A stretch of DNA of 64,000 bases from Elusimicrobiota bacterium (GTDB taxonomy: Bacteria; Elusimicrobiota; Elusimicrobia; UBA1565; UBA9628): assembly GCA_016212855.1 (NCBI GenBank), contig JACRDP010000011.1, positions 12,120-76,119 on the forward strand. The letters run 5' to 3'. Position numbers and translations under genes: made by a program. Below the pieces are notes generated by a model, which saw only the letters and a list, made by a program, of their open reading frames with translations, was not told where the DNA came from and did not search any database. Positions 40,537-50,238 of the stretch are shown piece after piece. Each line of letters opens with the position of its first letter. Position 1 is the first letter of the stretch.

Positions 40537-41321
40537 GAGAGGAAGGTTTTGAGGGCGACCGCGGGGTAGGGCGACTTCATGAAGGAGGTGCCGACGAGAA
40601 AGCCCTTGTAGCCCAACGCCGCGAGCGCGTCGATGTCGGCGCGCGAGCGCAGGCCGCTTTCGGAGACGGCGGTGCGGCCGTTTAGAAGCGGGGCAATGCG
40701 TTTTGAAACGGCCAAATCGACTTTCAATGACTTCAGATCCCTGTTGTTCACACCGATGACAGCGTCGCCCGCGGCTAACGCCGCGGCGGCTTCGGCTTCA
40801 TCATGAGCTTCTATAAGAACCGATAATCCCAACGACCTGGCGGAATTGAGCATGGCCGAAAGGTTCGGACCCAACAAAGCGACGATCAAGAGAACCGCGT
40901 CCGCGCCGATCGAACGTGCCAATTCAAATTGATACGGATCGACCATGAAATCCTTCATCAACAACGGCGTGTTCGGCAATTCGGCGCGGGCCGCGGCCAG
41001 GAAGCTCGGATCGCCGTGAAAATACTCCGGTTCGGTCAATATCGATATCGCCGCGGCGCCGGTGCGCGCGTAGGCATGCGCGATCTCCGCCGCGGCTTTC
41101 GGCGAAGCGCCTGGGCGAAGAATCCCTTCCGACGGGGAATGAAACTTCACCTCGGCGATGATTCGGGGGCCGTCGCCGTGGAGCGCGGCGTCCAAGGACA
41201 GCGGCTGGCGGGCATAGAGCGGCGAATCCTTCAGGCTCGCGACGGGCCGCGTTTTCTTGAGGGCCGCGACGCGATCGAGCGTATGCGCGCCGATTTTTCC
41301 CAGCACGCCGAGCTCACCCAC
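40533..41321 (-). CDS. trpC: Indole-3-glycerol phosphate synthase
   Basis: IIAEVKFHSPSEG, ISILTEPEYFHG, LMKDFMVDPYQ, IEAHDE, GVNNRDL and SESG are all present, so the catalytic residue contexts are intact. Confidence 0.92.
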   Translation of the reverse strand: MGELGVLGKIGAHTLDRVAALKKTRPVASLKDSPLYARQPLSLDAALHGDGPRIIAEVKFHSPSEGILRPGASPKAAAEIAHAYARTGAAAISILTEPEYFHGDPSFLAAARAELPNTPLLMKDFMVDPYQFELARSIGADAVLLIVALLGPNLSAMLNSARSLGLSVLIEAHDEAEAAAALAAGDAVIGVNNRDLKSLKVDLAVSKRIAPLLNGRTAVSESGLRSRADIDALAALGYKGFLVGTSFMKSPYPAVALKTFLS

Positions 41322-42369
41322 GGCGGCTCAGGTGCGCGAGGATGGCCAAGGAGGCGGCGGCGCGCCCGGAGTCGATCGACACGGCGGCCATCGCGAGGCC
41401 CTCCTCCCAGTTGCGCGCGAGGCCGGCGACGATCAGGGCCGCGGCGGCGTTGAGCAGGCACACTTCGCGCGCGGCGCCGCGGGCGCCGTACAGGATTTTC
41501 CGGGTGATGTCCGCGTTTTTCTTCGCGTCGCCGCCGCGCAGAGCCGCGAGCGGGCGGCGCTTGAGGCCAAGGCGCTCCGGGTGGATCCTCTCCGTCATGA
41601 CGCGACCCTTGGACAGCCGCGCCACGACCGTGGGCGCGGACAAAGACAATTCATCGAGGCCGTCTTCCGAGGCGACGACCATGGCCTGCTCGCTTCCGAG
41701 GGACTTCAGCGCTTCGGCGACGGGCCGGACCAAGGACGTCGAGTACACGCCGAGGAGTTGGCGCTTGGCCCCGGCGGGATTGGACAACGGGCCGAGCAGG
41801 TTGAAGACGGTGCGCCCGAGCTGGCGCCGAACCGGGCCCACGCGCGCCACGGCGGGATGATGCGCGGGCGCGAAGAGAAAGCCGACCCCGGCGACGTCCA
41901 CGCATTCGGCCGCGAGCTTGGCCGACACCTCGGTTTTGACGCCGAGCGCCTCGAGCACGTCGGCGGAGCCCGAGCGGCTCGACACGGCGCGGTTGCCGTG
42001 CTTGGCGACGGCCGCGCCCGCTCCGGCGGCGATGAAGGCCACGGTCGTCGAGATGTTGAAAGTCCCCGAACCGTCGCCGCCCGTGCCGCAGGTGTCGATG
42101 AGCGGGCGGCGCTTGGGCCTGACCGGGAGAGCGCGGGCGCGCATCGCCTCGGCGAAGCCGACCAACTCCTGGACCGTTTCCCCCCGCACGCGCAAAGCCG
42201 CGAGGAAGGCTCCGGCCTGCGCGTCGGTGACCTTCCCGCCGATCAGCGCGTTCATGGCGGCGCGCGCCGAAGCGCGATCGAGCGCCCGGCCGGACAGGAC
42301 TATCTTCAGGACCGCGGAGAAGTCGTTCACTTTATTCACAGGAGGCGCGCCGAGTGTTGTCGACAACAC
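41314..42369 (-). CDS. trpD: Anthranilate phosphoribosyltransferase
   Basis: DTCGTGGDGSGTFNIST and KHGNRAVSSRSGSADVLEALG are present. The start is uncertain: the ORF-track GTG at 42369 lies inside a palindrome, and internal GTGs at 42339 or 42330 are alternatives. Confidence 0.9.
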   Translation of the reverse strand: MLSTTLGAPPVNKVNDFSAVLKIVLSGRALDRASARAAMNALIGGKVTDAQAGAFLAALRVRGETVQELVGFAEAMRARALPVRPKRRPLIDTCGTGGDGSGTFNISTTVAFIAAGAGAAVAKHGNRAVSSRSGSADVLEALGVKTEVSAKLAAECVDVAGVGFLFAPAHHPAVARVGPVRRQLGRTVFNLLGPLSNPAGAKRQLLGVYSTSLVRPVAEALKSLGSEQAMVVASEDGLDELSLSAPTVVARLSKGRVMTERIHPERLGLKRRPLAALRGGDAKKNADITRKILYGARGAAREVCLLNAAAALIVAGLARNWEEGLAMAAVSIDSGRAAASLAILAHLSRRG

Positions 42370-42370
42370 T
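42353..42370. repeat. Perfect 18-nt palindrome AGTGTTGTCGACAACACT immediately upstream of, or overlapping, the trpD start
   Basis: Read directly from the sequence. It shares the core TGTTGTCGACAACA with 27823-27846. It is preceded, in minus-strand sense, by the 6-bp hairpin AGACGT/ACGTCT (42374-42396) at the histidine kinase stop. Confidence 0.9.
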
Positions 42371-42394
42371 AAAAGACGTGCTTGGGGATAACGT

Positions 42395-43056
42395 CTAAAT
42401 CTTCGGCAACGTGAGCTTAAAAGTCGAGCCCTTCGGCCCGCTCTCGTGGCTCACGGTGCCGCCGTTGCCCTCGAGATACTTCCTCGCGAGCGAAAGTCCG
42501 AGCCCGAGCCCCTTGGGCTTGGTGGTCATGAAGGCCTCGTACATCACGGGCTCGATCTTGGCGTCGACGCCCTTGCTCGTGTCCGTCACGGCGATGACGA
42601 GGCCTTCCCTGCCCGCGGAGGTGACGACCTTGACCGTCCCTTTCTCCTCCTGCGCGGCGAAGGCGTTGTCGACGAGGCGCCGCACCGAGTCGGCGATCGC
42701 CTTGGGGTCGAACTTGCCGTTCACGCCCTTGGCGCCGAGCTTGAGGTCGATCTTGCCGCCCTCGGGCGTCGGGTAGCCGGCCAGCGCGTCGCCGACGACG
42801 GAGTCGAGGCCCTGGGTTTCGGCGGCGGGCTCGTAGGGGCGCGAGAAGGTGAGCATGTCGGCCAGCAGCTTGTCGGCGCGGGCGATCTCGGCCTCGATGA
42901 TCTTCAGGTGCTTCTCGACCTTCGGGTCGAGCTTGGCGGCGCCGAGCTTGGCGCGCACGAAGTAGGACGAATTGTTGATCACCGCGAGCGGGTTGCGCAG
43001 GTCGTGGCCGATCACCGACGCGGCGCGGCGCAGGAGCTCCTGTTCTCCTTTGTTCA

Positions 43057-43057
<1 letters not shown>
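42395..43057 (-). CDS. Cytoplasmic histidine kinase (HisKA + HATPase_c only, no sensor domain)
   Basis: H-box SVIGHDLRNPLAVI, N-box RRLVDNAF, and a G-box TKPKGLGLGLSLA. The start overlaps the fumC stop (TAATG). Confidence 0.85.
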
Positions 43058-44460
<1,403 letters not shown>

Positions 44461-44481
44461 GCCCCCGATGATACTAAAACC

Positions 44482-45102
44482 CTATTCGTCTTCGCCGATG
44501 AGCTTGGCGCCGGCGTCGACCAGGCCATACCAGTCCGGGAACGTGTACACCATCTTGTCGAGCGCGGATTTCTGGCGCTTCCAGGCGTCGAGGACGATGC
44601 CCGTCTTCTTCCAGTCGGTGCCGGTGGGGAAGATGATGACCGCGTTGTGCGGGAAGGCGAACTTGAGCCGGACGCGGATCTTGCTCACTGTGAGGCTGCT
44701 CTTGTCGCCCAAAGCTTTCTTGACGGCGTTGTAGGTCGTATATTGATGCGAGATGCAGCCGCGCTCGAGGTTGCCCCCGCCGAACAGCTTGAAGGTGTCT
44801 TCGATATTGGTCATCGAGCCGTTGCCGTAGGCGTCGGCGACCGCGCTCGGATGGGCGGCGTGGAGCAAGGCGACCGCGTTGCTGGCGGCCTCGAGAGCCG
44901 GGCCCACGTCGGCGACGTTCGCCACCGACCATTGCATGCCCTGGTCGCTTTGATCGATGAATTTATACAGCGGAACCTTGGTCTTATTGATCGTCTCGTG
45001 CGAGGCGTTGAGCTTCTTGGAATCGACCGTGGTCGCCACGCCGGCGGAGGCGGTTTGAGCTAGGAGGGCCAGGACCATGGGAAGGACGAATTGAGGGGTC
45101 AT
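44482..45102 (-). CDS. Secreted hypothetical protein with a candidate Cys-His-Asp triad
   Basis: Signal peptide MTPQFVLPMVLALLAQTASA. Motifs ERGCISHQY, FPHNAVIIF and IVLDAWK occur in that order. Leaderless promoter TTGACG-16-TATACT, then 6 nt to the ATG. Confidence 0.55.
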   Translation of the reverse strand: MTPQFVLPMVLALLAQTASAGVATTVDSKKLNASHETINKTKVPLYKFIDQSDQGMQWSVANVADVGPALEAASNAVALLHAAHPSAVADAYGNGSMTNIEDTFKLFGGGNLERGCISHQYTTYNAVKKALGDKSSLTVSKIRVRLKFAFPHNAVIIFPTGTDWKKTGIVLDAWKRQKSALDKMVYTFPDWYGLVDAGAKLIGEDE

Positions 45103-45108
45103 ATCTCC

Positions 45109-45136
45109 AGTATAGCCCCGGTTTTTCAGACGTCAA
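45109..45136 (-). promoter_or_regulatory. Leaderless-type promoter TTGACG-16-TATACT
   Basis: Reverse complement of 45131-45136 is TTGACG and of 45109-45114 is TATACT. The ATG at 45102 follows after 6 nt. Confidence 0.5.
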
Positions 45137-45154
45137 GGCCTGGAATTCAGGCCT

Positions 45155-46249
45155 TCAGTCGCCGAGCACCGACTCCGGGCGCAGGAAGTGGCAGGTATAG
45201 CCGTCGGGTTTGTTCTCGAGGTAATCCTGGTGATAGTCCTCGGCCTTCCAAAATTTTCCCGCCTTCGCGATCTCAGTGACGACGGGCTTGCCCCACTTGC
45301 CGCGCTCGTCGACGCGCTTCTTGAACGCCTCGGCGGCCTTTTTCTGAAGATCGGTGTGGTAGAAGATCGCCGAGCGATAAGAAGTGCCGCGATCGTTGCC
45401 CTGGCGGTTGAGCGTCGTCGGATCGTGCATGCGGAAGTACCAGCGCATCAAGGTCTCGAAGGGCAGCTTGCTCGGGTCGTAGACGACCTGCACCGCCTCC
45501 GCGTGGCCCTCGTGGTTCTCGTACGTCGCGTTCTCGACGGCGCCGCCCGCGTAGCCCACTTCGGTGTGGATCACGCCGGGGATCTTGCGCAGGATGTGCT
45601 GCATGCCCCAGAAGCAGCCGCCGGCGAGCTCGACGGTCTCGGTCTTGCCGGTCGGTTCCTTGGAAACGAGCTTCTCGGCCTTGCGCCGCGCGACCGCCTC
45701 TTTATTGAAGAGGGGCAGGTATTGTCCGTAGCCCTCTTTCTCCAGATCTTTGACGGGGATGAAGCGAAGCGAGGCCGAGTTGATGCAGAAGCGCAGGCCG
45801 CCCTTCTCCTTGGGGCCGTCGTCGAAAACGTGGCCCAAGTGGCTGTCGCCGTGCTTGGAGCGGACCTCGGTGCGGATCATGCCGTACTCGCGATCCTTCT
45901 TCTCCACCACGTTCTCTTTTTCAATGGGCTGGGTGAAGCTCGGCCAGCCCGTGCCCGAATCGAACTTGTCGGTCGAGGAGAACAAGGGCTCGCCGCTGGC
46001 TTTGTCCACGTAGATGCCGGGCTCGTGGTTGTTCCAGTAGGCGTTGTGGAAGGGCGGCTCGGTGGCCGAGTTGCAGATGACCGCGAACTCTTCGGCGCTC
46101 AATTTCTTCTTCAGCTCATCCTTCGAGGGCTTGGAGTAAGCCATCTTCTTGGCCTCCTTCTTTGGCAGGGTCGGGGCTGCGGAAACAGCGGCCGGAAACA
46201 TCAGAACGGCGACGAGAACCGTCATCATTCGGGTGATCATAGCACTCAT
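45155..46249 (-). CDS. msrAB: Secreted bifunctional methionine sulfoxide reductase, MsrB-MsrA fusion
   Basis: N-terminal hydrophobic signal sequence. The MsrB domain ([27 protein letters not shown]) is followed by the MsrA domain ([13 protein letters not shown]). The start is ambiguous (46249, 46240 or 46273). The 587-aa ORF-track version is over-extended. Confidence 0.92.
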   Translation of the reverse strand: MSAMITRMMTVLVAVLMFPAAVSAAPTLPKKEAKKMAYSKPSKDELKKKLSAEEFAVICNSATEPPFHNAYWNNHEPGIYVDKASGEPLFSSTDKFDSGTGWPSFTQPIEKENVVEKKDREYGMIRTEVRSKHGDSHLGHVFDDGPKEKGGLRFCINSASLRFIPVKDLEKEGYGQYLPLFNKEAVARRKAEKLVSKEPTGKTETVELAGGCFWGMQHILRKIPGVIHTEVGYAGGAVENATYENHEGHAEAVQVVYDPSKLPFETLMRWYFRMHDPTTLNRQGNDRGTSYRSAIFYHTDLQKKAAEAFKKRVDERGKWGKPVVTEIAKAGKFWKAEDYHQDYLENKPDGYTCHFLRPESVLGD

Positions 46250-46306
46250 GAGTGTCGCGACGTCCGGGGGCATGACAGCCCGGGCCGAAATGATAGGATC
46301 AACGAA

Positions 46307-47041
46307 ATGGGGAACGGAACGGTCGGCTTCGGCGCGGCGTTTTTGGGCGGGCTCGTATCCTTCCTGTCGCCCTGCGTGCTGCCCTTGGTGCCGGGCTACA
46401 TCTCCTTCATGTCCGGCCTGACCTTGGAGGAGCTCTCCGGCGGCGCCGACGACAAGGCGCGCCTTCGTCACGCCGGCTGGGAGTCGCTGTTCTTCGTCGC
46501 GGGCTTCGCGCTGATCTTCACCTTGCTCGGCGCGACGGCCACGACGATCGGCCGCGAGCTGGCCGAACACGCCGCCGTCGTCAATAAGATCGCCGGCGCC
46601 GTCGTGATCCTTTTCGGCCTGCACATGACGGGCCTCCTGCCGATCAAATGGCTGTACTATCAGAAGCGCGCGAACACCGCGGCCTTCAAGCCCGGCTACG
46701 TCGGCTCCTTCTTCATGGGCCTGGCCTTCGCTTTCGGCTGGACCCCGTGCATCGGCCCGATCCTGTCGGGCATCCTGGCGCTCGCCGCCACGCGCGAAAC
46801 CGTGGGCCAGGGCATGAGCCTGTTGTTCGTCTATTCGCTCGGCCTGGGCATCCCCTTCGTGGCCACCGGTTTCGCGGTCACCCGCTTCATGCGCTTCTTC
46901 TCGAAGTACAAGTCGCACATCCGCAAGGGCGAAATCGTCGCCGGCGCCTTGCTCATCGCCGTCGGCCTGCTCATCTTCTTCGACAAGCTCTCCATGCTCA
47001 ACCGCTACGCCCCGAAGTTCCTGGACAAATTCCTGCTATGA
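46307..47041 (+). CDS. ccdA: Cytochrome c biogenesis/thiol-disulfide electron transporter CcdA (DsbD-beta family)
   Basis: [12 protein letters not shown] and [10 protein letters not shown], the two conserved Cys motifs, in a polytopic protein. TGaTAGGAT lies 7 nt upstream of the ATG. Confidence 0.9.
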   Translation: MGNGTVGFGAAFLGGLVSFLSPCVLPLVPGYISFMSGLTLEELSGGADDKARLRHAGWESLFFVAGFALIFTLLGATATTIGRELAEHAAVVNKIAGAVVILFGLHMTGLLPIKWLYYQKRANTAAFKPGYVGSFFMGLAFAFGWTPCIGPILSGILALAATRETVGQGMSLLFVYSLGLGIPFVATGFAVTRFMRFFSKYKSHIRKGEIVAGALLIAVGLLIFFDKLSMLNRYAPKFLDKFLL

Positions 47042-47517
47042 GAACGCTCGTTTTCGCCGCCGCCTTGCTGGCTTTCGCCTGCTCCCCGTCCGGGCCTCCC
47101 GGCGCCCCCGAGCAGACGCCCCCCCTGTCGGGCAAGACGCTCGACGGCAAAACCGTCTCGCTCGCCGATTATAAAGGCAAGGTCGTCCTCGTGGATTTCT
47201 GGGCCACCTGGTGCGACCCGTGCAAGGACGAGATCCCCGAGCTCATCAAGCTCCAGAAGGAGCTCGGCCCCAAGGGCTTCACGATTATCGGCGTGTCCAT
47301 GGACGAGGACGTCAAGGACGTCGCCCCGTTCGCCAAAGCCGCCAAGATCAACTATCCGGTGATCGTCAACGGAGGCGAGCTGGCGCCGAAGGGCTGGATC
47401 GTCCCCGGCCTGCCCACCGCTTACCTGATCGGAAAGGACGGCCTGGCCATCAAACGCATGTTCGGCTCGAAATCGGTGACCAAGCTCAAAATCGAAGTCG
47501 AAGCCGCCTTAAAGTAG
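47038..47517 (+). CDS. TlpA/ResA-like periplasmic thioredoxin (thiol:disulfide oxidoreductase)
   Basis: Signal peptide and the FWATWCDPC active site. ATGA overlap with ccdA. Confidence 0.9.
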   Translation: MRTLVFAAALLAFACSPSGPPGAPEQTPPLSGKTLDGKTVSLADYKGKVVLVDFWATWCDPCKDEIPELIKLQKELGPKGFTIIGVSMDEDVKDVAPFAKAAKINYPVIVNGGELAPKGWIVPGLPTAYLIGKDGLAIKRMFGSKSVTKLKIEVEAALK

Positions 47518-47520
47518 GAA

Positions 47521-47597
47521 GGTGTCAGGCTTTCGGTTTTAGGTTTCTTCCTGAAATTCGACGTTGAGTAGAAACCTAAAACCGAAAGCCTGACACC
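47521..47597. repeat. Perfect 28-bp inverted repeat with a 21-nt loop between tlpA and mutS
   Basis: GGTGTCAGGCTTTCGGTTTTAGGTTTCT (47521-47548) is the exact reverse complement of 47570-47597. The element is visibly AT-richer than its surroundings and has no T-run after it. Confidence 0.9.
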
Positions 47598-47616
47598 AAG
47601 ACCTACCGTCGGAAAT

Positions 47617-47625
47617 TGGTACAAT
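47617..47625 (+). promoter_or_regulatory. Extended -10 (TGgTACAAT) placed for a leaderless mutS mRNA
   Basis: TACAAT at 47620-47625 is followed by 6 nt (CCCTTT) and then the ATG at 47632. No SD. Confidence 0.45.
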
Positions 47626-47631
47626 CCCTTT

Positions 47632-50238
47632 ATGTCCTCCGTCGACGCGATGCCCGATACGCCGGTCATGCGGCAGTATCAGGACATCAAGGCCCGCCAC
47701 CCCCAGAGCATCGTTTTTTTCCGGCTCGGGGACTTCTATGAGATGTTCGGAACCGACGCCCAGGACGCGGCGGCGATTCTCGGGCTCGTGCTCACCCAGC
47801 GCCAGGGCGTGCCGATGTGCGGCGTGCCCCATCACAACTCGCAGAACTACATGGCGCGGCTTCTGCGCGCGGGCCGCAAGGTCGCCATCGCCGAACAGCT
47901 CGAGCCGGCGACTAAGGACAAGAAATTAGTCCTGAGAGACGTGGTTCGCGTCGTCACGCCCGGGACCGTCGTCGAGGACGACCTGCTCGACCCCGCCGCG
48001 ACCAATTTCCTGATCGCGATCGAACACGACCTCGTGGGCTGGGGCGCGGCGTGCCTCGACGTGTCCACGGGCGAGTCCTGGGCGACCCAGGTGCTCAACG
48101 ACCGCGACCACCGCAAGCTCTACGACTTGCTGGCGCGCGTGCGACCGGCCGAGGTGCTCGCCTCCGGCGCGGCCGCCGACGCGCTGTGGCTGCGCTCGGT
48201 CCTGCCCGCGAAGACCTGCCTGACTGTCCGCGAGACGGTCAAGCCCACCGTCCAGCCCGCGTGGGCCACCGGCTCGACGTGGCGCAACCGTCATCTCGCC
48301 CTGAACGCCTCTTTGGCCGCGCGCGGCTACGTCGATGAGGCTAAATTTCGTTTACGCGAGCTCCCCGAACCGTCGTATAAAGAATCCGGCGCCGTCCTGC
48401 AGCTCGACGAGACCGCGATCCGTACGCTCGAGCTCATCGAGGCCGCCAGCGGCGAGAAGCGCCACACGGTGTGGGGCCTGCTCGACCAAAGCCGCACGCC
48501 GATGGGCAGTCGCAAGCTCAAGCACTGGCTGCTGCACCCGTCCACGGATCTGCGCGAGATCGAGCACCGCCAAAACTGCGTCGAGGACCTGTTCGACAAG
48601 CCCGGGGCGCGCCAAAGCCTCGGCAAAATCATCCAAGAGGTCGCCGACCTGCCGCGCGTGACGAGCCGCCTGGGCACGCGCCAGGCCGCGCCGCGCGACC
48701 TAGGCGCTTTGCGCCGCTCCCTGCTGCGCCTGCCCGCGCTCGAGCGCTGGCTCGAGGAGACCGCGTTCTCCTCCGGGCTCGCCAACCTGGCCGCCGGCCT
48801 GCGCGAGACCGCGACCGCCCTCGAGCCCCTGGGCCTGAAGCTCGCCGCCGCGCTCGTCGACGAGCCGCCCGCCAAGTTGAGCGACGGCGGGCTGTTCCGC
48901 GCGGATTTTAATAAGGAGCTCGAAGAGCTCCGCCGCCTGAAGACGAACTCGGACCAGGTCCTGGCCGAGCTCGAGGAGCGCGAGCGCAAGGCGACCGGGC
49001 TCTCCAGCCTCAAGGCCGGCTACAATTCCGTCTTCGGCTATTATCTTGAAATCAGCAAGGGCCAAAGCGCGAAGGCGCCCGCGTCCTACACGCGCAAGCA
49101 GACCTTGACCAACGCCGAGCGCTACATCACGCCCGAGCTCAAGGAGCTCGAGACCAAGATCCTGTCGGCCGAGGAGAAGATGCTCCGCCTCGAGGCGCGC
49201 CTGTTCGGCGAACTGCGCGACGAGGCGGCGGGACATTATCCGGCGCTGCTCCGCCTCGCCGAGCTGCTCGCCGAGCTCGACGCGTTCCAGTCCCTGGCCT
49301 CGGTCGCGGCCATGCACGACATGGTCAAGCCCAAGATCGATCTCTCCCATGACCTGGACATCGTCGACGGCCGCCATCCCGTTCTCGCCGCCCTTCTCCC
49401 CTCGGGCACCTTCGTCGCCAATTCGCTGAGCCTGAACGCTCGCGACCCGCAGATTTTGATTTTGACCGGGCCGAACATGGCGGGCAAGTCCACCTACCTG
49501 CGCCAAAACGCCTTGATCGTGCTGCTCGCGCAGATCGGCGCGTTCGTTCCCGCCAAGTCGGCGCGCGTGGGCGTCGTGGACAAAATATTGACGCGCATCG
49601 GCGCCCAGGACGCGCTCGCTCAGGGCGATTCGACCTTTATGGTCGAGATGAAGGAAACGTCTCACATCCTTCGCTCGGCGACGCCGCGTTCGCTGGTGGT
49701 GTTGGACGAGGTCGGCCGCGGAACCTCGACCTTCGACGGGATCTCGATCGCCTGGGCGGTGCTCGAACACCTGCACTCGTCCTACGAAACGAAAGGACAC
49801 GCGCCGCGGGGGCCGAGAACGCTTTTCGCCACGCACTATTTCGAGTTGACTGAATTGGCCAAATCTTTGCCCGGCGTCGTCAACGGCAATGTCGAAGTCA
49901 AGGAGTGGTCGAATGGTTCCGGTCATACCGAGGTCGTGTTTTTGCACAAGATCGGCGCCGGCCCCGCGGACCGCTCCTACGGCATTCACGTGGCTTCGCT
50001 CGCCGGACTTCCCGCGACTTTGATCGCGCGCGCGCAGAAGATTTTGGCCGGGCTCGAGAGCGAGTCGGGCGCCGGGCGCCTGAGCGGGCGCGTCGTGCGC
50101 GAAGAGTCCGCTCCATCTCCCGAATTGCCGTTGTTCGAAGAGAATCCCGTTCTGAGGACCTTGAAGCTGATCAATCCCGAGACCATGACCCCCATCGAGG
50201 CTCTCCAGGCGCTCAACGCGCTGAAGAAGCAGCTCTAA
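47632..50238 (+). CDS. mutS: DNA mismatch repair protein MutS
   Basis: TPVMRQYQDIKARHPQSIVFFRLGDFYEMF, Walker A GPNMAGKSTYLRQ, and STFMVEM. Confidence 0.97.
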   Translation: MSSVDAMPDTPVMRQYQDIKARHPQSIVFFRLGDFYEMFGTDAQDAAAILGLVLTQRQGVPMCGVPHHNSQNYMARLLRAGRKVAIAEQLEPATKDKKLVLRDVVRVVTPGTVVEDDLLDPAATNFLIAIEHDLVGWGAACLDVSTGESWATQVLNDRDHRKLYDLLARVRPAEVLASGAAADALWLRSVLPAKTCLTVRETVKPTVQPAWATGSTWRNRHLALNASLAARGYVDEAKFRLRELPEPSYKESGAVLQLDETAIRTLELIEAASGEKRHTVWGLLDQSRTPMGSRKLKHWLLHPSTDLREIEHRQNCVEDLFDKPGARQSLGKIIQEVADLPRVTSRLGTRQAAPRDLGALRRSLLRLPALERWLEETAFSSGLANLAAGLRETATALEPLGLKLAAALVDEPPAKLSDGGLFRADFNKELEELRRLKTNSDQVLAELEERERKATGLSSLKAGYNSVFGYYLEISKGQSAKAPASYTRKQTLTNAERYITPELKELETKILSAEEKMLRLEARLFGELRDEAAGHYPALLRLAELLAELDAFQSLASVAAMHDMVKPKIDLSHDLDIVDGRHPVLAALLPSGTFVANSLSLNARDPQILILTGPNMAGKSTYLRQNALIVLLAQIGAFVPAKSARVGVVDKILTRIGAQDALAQGDSTFMVEMKETSHILRSATPRSLVVLDEVGRGTSTFDGISIAWAVLEHLHSSYETKGHAPRGPRTLFATHYFELTELAKSLPGVVNGNVEVKEWSNGSGHTEVVFLHKIGAGPADRSYGIHVASLAGLPATLIARAQKILAGLESESGAGRLSGRVVREESAPSPELPLFEENPVLRTLKLINPETMTPIEALQALNALKKQL

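Noticed and set aside
45128-45148. 8-bp hairpin AAGGCCTG-GAATT-CAGGCCTT after msrBA as a terminator
   Set aside because: It has a short stem and no T-run on either strand, and it overlaps the -35 region of the neighbouring promoter, so it cannot be called a terminator with confidence.
47549-47569. Shared 10-mer ATTCGACGTT in the loop of the 47.5-kb hairpin and just outside the 58.35-kb palindrome
   Set aside because: A single shared 10-mer between two sites in 64 kb is expected by chance many times over. The stems themselves are unrelated.
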